Position numbers and translations under genes: made by a program. A model generated the notes under the pieces. That model had not been told where the DNA came from and made no database searches. It was given only the letters and a program-made list of their open reading frames with translations. From the NCBI GenBank assembly GCA_052327205.1, contig CM126207.1, forward strand, positions 234,050,001 to 234,114,000: 64,000 bases of DNA, in the 5' to 3' direction. Shown piece by piece: positions 58,794 to 64,000 of this stretch. How positions within the stretch are numbered: the stretch's first letter is position 1; each line of letters begins with the position of its first letter. The DNA is from Somniosus microcephalus (Eukaryota).

Positions 58794-61700
58794 ATGATGT
58801 CAGAATAATCATGAAGGCAATCAGGTGAATGTGGAGAATTACGGACATAGGAGCAAGACAACTGGGGCACATCATTATTCACTAAGGAAATTGTGAGCAT
58901 AATTTAATATAAGGAATTATTGCTTCATGCAACACTGTTGCCTTATGGAACAGACCACCACCTAGTGCAGAGAACGAGCACTGGTTCAAACATTAAAAAA
59001 GGAAATGAACGGATTTGTGATTCAGTTGTAAAGGGATACTGGCTTGATGCTACCAAAATAAAGAAATGAAAGTGGCCTCCTTTGTGAGTACTAATCAAGA
59101 ACTGAAGTGATAGGATCATCTGGAGAGGGGGAATGGCCCTCTGGTGTTTTAACATCATGGAGGAAGATTTCCTAAGTGCGTTGTGTAGAAATGGGATTAT
59201 GATTTTGTTACACATGGCAGACAGAGGAAAACCTCCTTATATCAACTAGGACTCTTTATCATGTTTGACGAATGTTGTGACTATTATTCCACATAAAACA
59301 AATTTAAAAAGGAGCTACTTTTAAATGCAAGTTCTTTAATGCAAAGTGTATTCATATAATTTTTTGAAAATGCATTTACATCCTAGATGGTTAAAATACC
59401 AGTGAGCTAATCTGAGCTAAAATAAACACCTCACCCCCATTATGTTGGGAAGTCTTTGGTCCCTTCAGATTGGGAACAGGGGGAGATAAAAAGAGGTAGC
59501 AACACAGGCAGTAGGTTCAATGAAGGCTGCAAAATGAGTCAGGATTTCAAATATAAAGCTGCGAGGGTAAGCTATGGCAAGGCTCCAAAGTTGTAGCATA
59601 CAGCAGGATAATTAGGAGTTTAAATCAAGTAAGGTGACCGATAATGTAGGGGAGCATAGTGAGTTCATTTTATTGTATTATTTTGTGAAGAAAAGTTGTG
59701 ATTGAATTAAGTGAGTCTGATTGTAATGGTTTCTCTGTAGGTTCACTTGCTGTGAAACAAAACAGTTTTATGATTCGTATCTGGCCTTTCCTTACTAAGT
59801 GATTTCTCGATTTGGTCTTTGAAGAGTTTGAAGAAAAACATATGTGAAATAAGTGAATGTTCAGTTTATATCGCACAAGTGTGCTATTCACCTCTGGGGT
59901 ACGCTATTGAATATTTAGATGTTGGGTAGTACGAGGACGCCCCTAAATGTAAGCTGCTCAGATCGATTATGGGGTGACTAGCACTGCTGCACTTTAGAGA
60001 ACATGTAAGGCAAGACCCTAAACTTGTAACACTATCCATACTGTAGTGAAGCATGTGGATTGCACTGGCTTTGGAACTACTCAGCCAAGGATATTTAGTT
60101 AGTATCTTGAACATTTCATGTGGAAAGGGTTATTTCTCATGTGTCTATAGCTGAGAACCCTCCTTTGGAGAACTACAACAAATACTCCAACAAATACTCC
60201 CAGTTTCGGACTCCCACTCACATCCATGAAATAGTTGACGCAGGCCATTGGGAAACCCCATGAAGATTAATTTTACATAACTCCTGACCGCTCTGGTACG
60301 TCGAGTAGATTTCTGGAGAGGATGTGCTCTTTCTGATGACTTTTTATATCTTCTTTTGTTATTGGTCCAGTTTAATTTTCAGCATTTTCTTTTGTGCTCC
60401 ATAAACATTCACTTTCACTCCCCCGCAAGTTTGTCACTCTTAACTGGCACGTACCCCAATAATCTGCAGTCAAATAGCTAAACATTCCCCATAATCTGTC
60501 ATAGCAGGTTATTCTCATTCACTTTATTCTCACATAGTTTAGACACAGAGGAGGAAAGTAAAACCTAAAACACCAGTGTGAGCAATGTTGCCACGCAGGC
60601 ACCTAAAAAGTGTCCATCATGGCACGGGCTAACCTGTTCACTCTGGTAAATCCTTTGTGATATTTTGGGCTAAAGGTGTGGCCTGTTAGAGTAGCAGAAG
60701 AAGCATTTTCTGAACAACAAATGGTATTGTGGAAAATCATGTGCTGCCTTTCTGCCAGCATTAATGCCAGGGTGTGATTACTTTTATTGTCTTACATTAA
60801 CCCTAATTGATGATGGTAATGAACCCCCCGAATAAAAGTCAGACATATAATACTAGAAATAAGCAGAAAATCTGAAGAGGCAGTCTGAAACTGATCTGAA
60901 ATGAGACAGGTTGGACTTATTTGAAAAATGTGTTTTGTTCCCAGTTTGGCTTGGGATGAGCTTGTCCCTTTAAAATACTGTAGAGAGAAGGAGCAACATA
61001 TAGTTTGGCATATATTTGATGGCCTTTTGTTTATTGTGGCATGTGTTAGTGGTGGGAATGACTACAGGGGTAGACTTTTTTTTAAACTCAATGATGGTTT
61101 ATGCGTTTGAGCCTCTTGTTAAAGCAATTAGTTGATGTGCATCAATTTTCCTTGATGATCTAGGTGGCAATGAGGATTCTGTTTTAGTCTTTGACAGTCT
61201 GGTGGTGGTTGTGTATCCATCCCCCAGTGACTTAGTAGTGGTATATGTCCGAGTCCTGATAATCTAATAGAGGCTCATGCTGCTCACCCATTGCACTGCT
61301 TTACTGCGTTCAAGCTTCTTGCTCAGGGGATGCACATTTCGGACAAACAGAATCGCTCGTTCAATGTATCCAAATACTGATCTGAATTTATTTCCTTACA
61401 CTGGGTTGATATTGAATGGCCCGTCATAATTAATATATTGACCCCATATGAGGGACATTGTGATGTTTAACATTTATTTGTCACATACTATTGTGCCCAT
61501 TCTCCTGAAGACCATTTTTGTAATTTTTTTTTACTGTGAGTTTGGTACTATGACAATTTCTATTTCTTTATATAGAAGTGTGCCAAATATAATTAGAGGC
61601 AAAATGACAGGTCTGTGACAGAAGCCACATTGTGTGCTTGCAGTGTTGTGTGGCACAGACTGAGAGCTCAGAGCAGATTTGTCGGCAGAACTCCTCACTC

Positions 61701-63608
61701 TATTTCTAGCTCAGGGAAGTTGTCACTCCTGACTGTAATGCGTTCTGAGGGGATACCTGTGGTGTCAAAGAAATTTGTACTATGTATTTCCTCTTTAAAT
61801 TACACAACCTGTCACAGGAACTTATAAAGGCACTATGTGCACCTGAAAACCAGGCACATTTCAAGTACCATTTAACGCCTTCACATAATGGGTTCATTTG
61901 TTACACTCCCAGGGTCAGCCTTTAGTAAAATACCAGTTCCTTAAACGATCCAACACTGGCCAAGAACTCACATGTGCAGTAATATACTGTTACACCATTA
62001 CTACTAAATTTATCTTGAAAAGCTCCAAGTAGTAAGAACTACTGAAATCATTCTTTTGCAGACTTGGCTGTTAAGCTTGAAAGAAAAGGCAATCTTATTT
62101 ACGGGAGAAAAATAGAATATCACTGTTGTGTATGGAGCTGCATGGCATATTTTAACTTTGTTTTGAAACGTATAATATAAACTGCAAAAATAATGCATAA
62201 GTGAAACAACCATGAAAGTAAAGCAGAAAACGCATCATCTGTACAACAAATTATTGAAGAAAATGAAGACATTTACAAGGAATTATATTTCCTAAGCAGT
62301 GTGAAAATATAATAATAGGTTATCTTAACTTGATTTGATGCAAGAACTCCTGTGAATAAGGGTTAATCATTGCAGTGGTTTTCAGGAACTTTGTGTTCTC
62401 AAGGGAAGTTTTCTGCAGACTACTGTGCATAGTATGGGGTCAGTTGCACTCTCCTGGGGTCAGGCAGGTCATTTGATAATAGCACTTTGAGACTTAGACT
62501 CCTGTGAGACACAACTGCCAAGCCCATCTTGATGTCTATTGTGGCTCTATTTCTGTGGGATTACTCTACTGGTTAAAACATGGAGGGCTGTAGTAAATAA
62601 TTGGATAGATAGTTCAAAGCTGTGATCAGTGGGAGTTTACATGGTAATAGTAGCGCATACTTTGCCAGATCCACATAGCATTTTCACGGGACACTTGTTC
62701 TTAGCAGACTGTAAAAGAGAGCAAGATACCAGCACAATTTCAAATTGAGAATGCTGGTGAGAGGTAGCCATTATTCATTCTGCTGCAGGGGCTACGAAGG
62801 TATATAAAGCAACCATTCATGAGATTAACCACTTAAAACAGAAATAAAAAAAATACAAATACTCTTCAGTTTAGTTGTGCAGATAAAAGATTGCTGGGTA
62901 TAATAGTGATGCCTGCTGTTACATGTTTGATTTTATTAATGGCCCTATGTTGAATTTGCTTCCTTTGTCTTTTCTTCCATCCCTTTCTTTTATTTCATGA
63001 AATAGTTGAGTTTCACCTGGTGAAGGTCACTGCCTGAGATAATTTGAACAAGATTTAAAACTATAAAAAAAAAATCAATAAATGGTGTTCAAGCTGAGGG
63101 TTTTTTTGTGTGTAGGGCAGGATGCCAAGGTTCAGAGGGCAAGTACCGACCTCCTCTCACCCACCCTGCTGCAGGACTAGACACTCCCCAGGTCTCAACT
63201 CTCCAGGGACGGTATAATTTCAGTAAAGCTTGATGTAACCCATACATCACTGTCTCCCACACTAGGTGTAAAATTAAACTCTAATGTATAAAGTTAAACC
63301 AAAATGAGATAAAAATTGGCAGGAGTGTGAATAGGATTATAGTGGACTAAACGCAAGGTGGGGTATTGCACCTTGTAATTTATACTGTGTGGGCCACCGA
63401 TGCATCGGTAATACATACCAAAGCACAGTACTACTTATAAATATACAAATTGACTAACAGAACAATGTCAGCTAGATGGAGGTAATATCAGAATAAAACG
63501 TCTACAGTTGTTATAAAGAATAATTCTTAATTGTACATAAAGAAAAATTTAATAGACCCAATCTTCTTTAACTCTTACTTAACCAGTTATGCTAATTTTA
63601 AGCATTTA

Positions 63609-64000
63609 GGGGGAAAAATTCAGTATCGACCATTTTGGGGTGCCAACATTGCCTGGGCGCTAACATGACTGTGAAATTCAGTTTTAGTGCCCCAAGAGGG
63701 AGGTGGAGTGCTAATTCAAGCACTCCACTTCTTTCTTAGAGCACTGGACCACGTAGCGCTGCCGCATGGTAGGGCTCCTCCCCTCATTAAAGGGGAGGGC
63801 CCAAGCCCACAACTCTGCAGGGCCCTACCTGGACCACCGGGGAGCAGGGTACTGTGCCAGCAGCCTGGCACACAAGAGGAGTGCCGGGCTGCCAGATCGT
63901 GGCACGGACCCTGCGGTCAAAGACGCAACGGGCCGCGACAAGTAAGTTGGCCAATTTTTTTTTCCCCCACCCGCCACCTCCCCTTTAGTTAGCGAGCCTC
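63609..64000. mobile_element. Probable Harbinger-type MITE, cut off by the window end
   Basis: TTA followed by GGGGGAAAAATTCAGT, like the other termini here; abrupt switch to GC-rich sequence. Second TIR not visible. Confidence 0.6.

Noticed and set aside
62457-62471. GGGTCA-ggc-AGGTCA DR3 nuclear-receptor-like element
   Set aside because: Isolated motif 20 kb from the gene without supporting context; cannot be distinguished from chance.

Overview
Vertebrate genomic DNA, almost certainly from a shark or other cartilaginous fish (HE1-type V-SINE, CR1 LINEs with (CTATGTTT)n-type tails, Penelope-type short repeat, GC-rich Harbinger elements). The only host coding sequence I recognise is the 40-nt first coding exon of the teashirt gene TSHZ1 on the minus strand (42282-42243, MPRRKQQAPRRSA, phase-1 donor) inside a CpG island. 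Positions 1-42242 are its first intron; the large zinc-finger exon 2 lies outside the window. Positions 1-26 kb are transposon-rich: a degenerate CR1 with two nested antisense CR1s, and a CR1 split by a two-gene Harbinger element (spliced Myb/SANT gene plus internally deleted transposase) that itself carries a MITE. That stretch also holds Tc1/mariner-type MITEs, SINEs including an LF-SINE-like copy, and Penelope-type repeats with minimal hammerhead ribozyme cores. Positions 26-48 kb are transposon-poor and hold enhancer-like blocks (PBX-HOX, MEIS, TCF and RFX motifs, one perfect DR5 RARE), three of them interrupted by odd-sized N runs. Upstream lie a candidate spliced divergent transcript, a decayed HARBI1-like transposase and further Harbinger derivatives. 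I found no clearly new biological system. All family assignments are from recalled motifs, not database searches.
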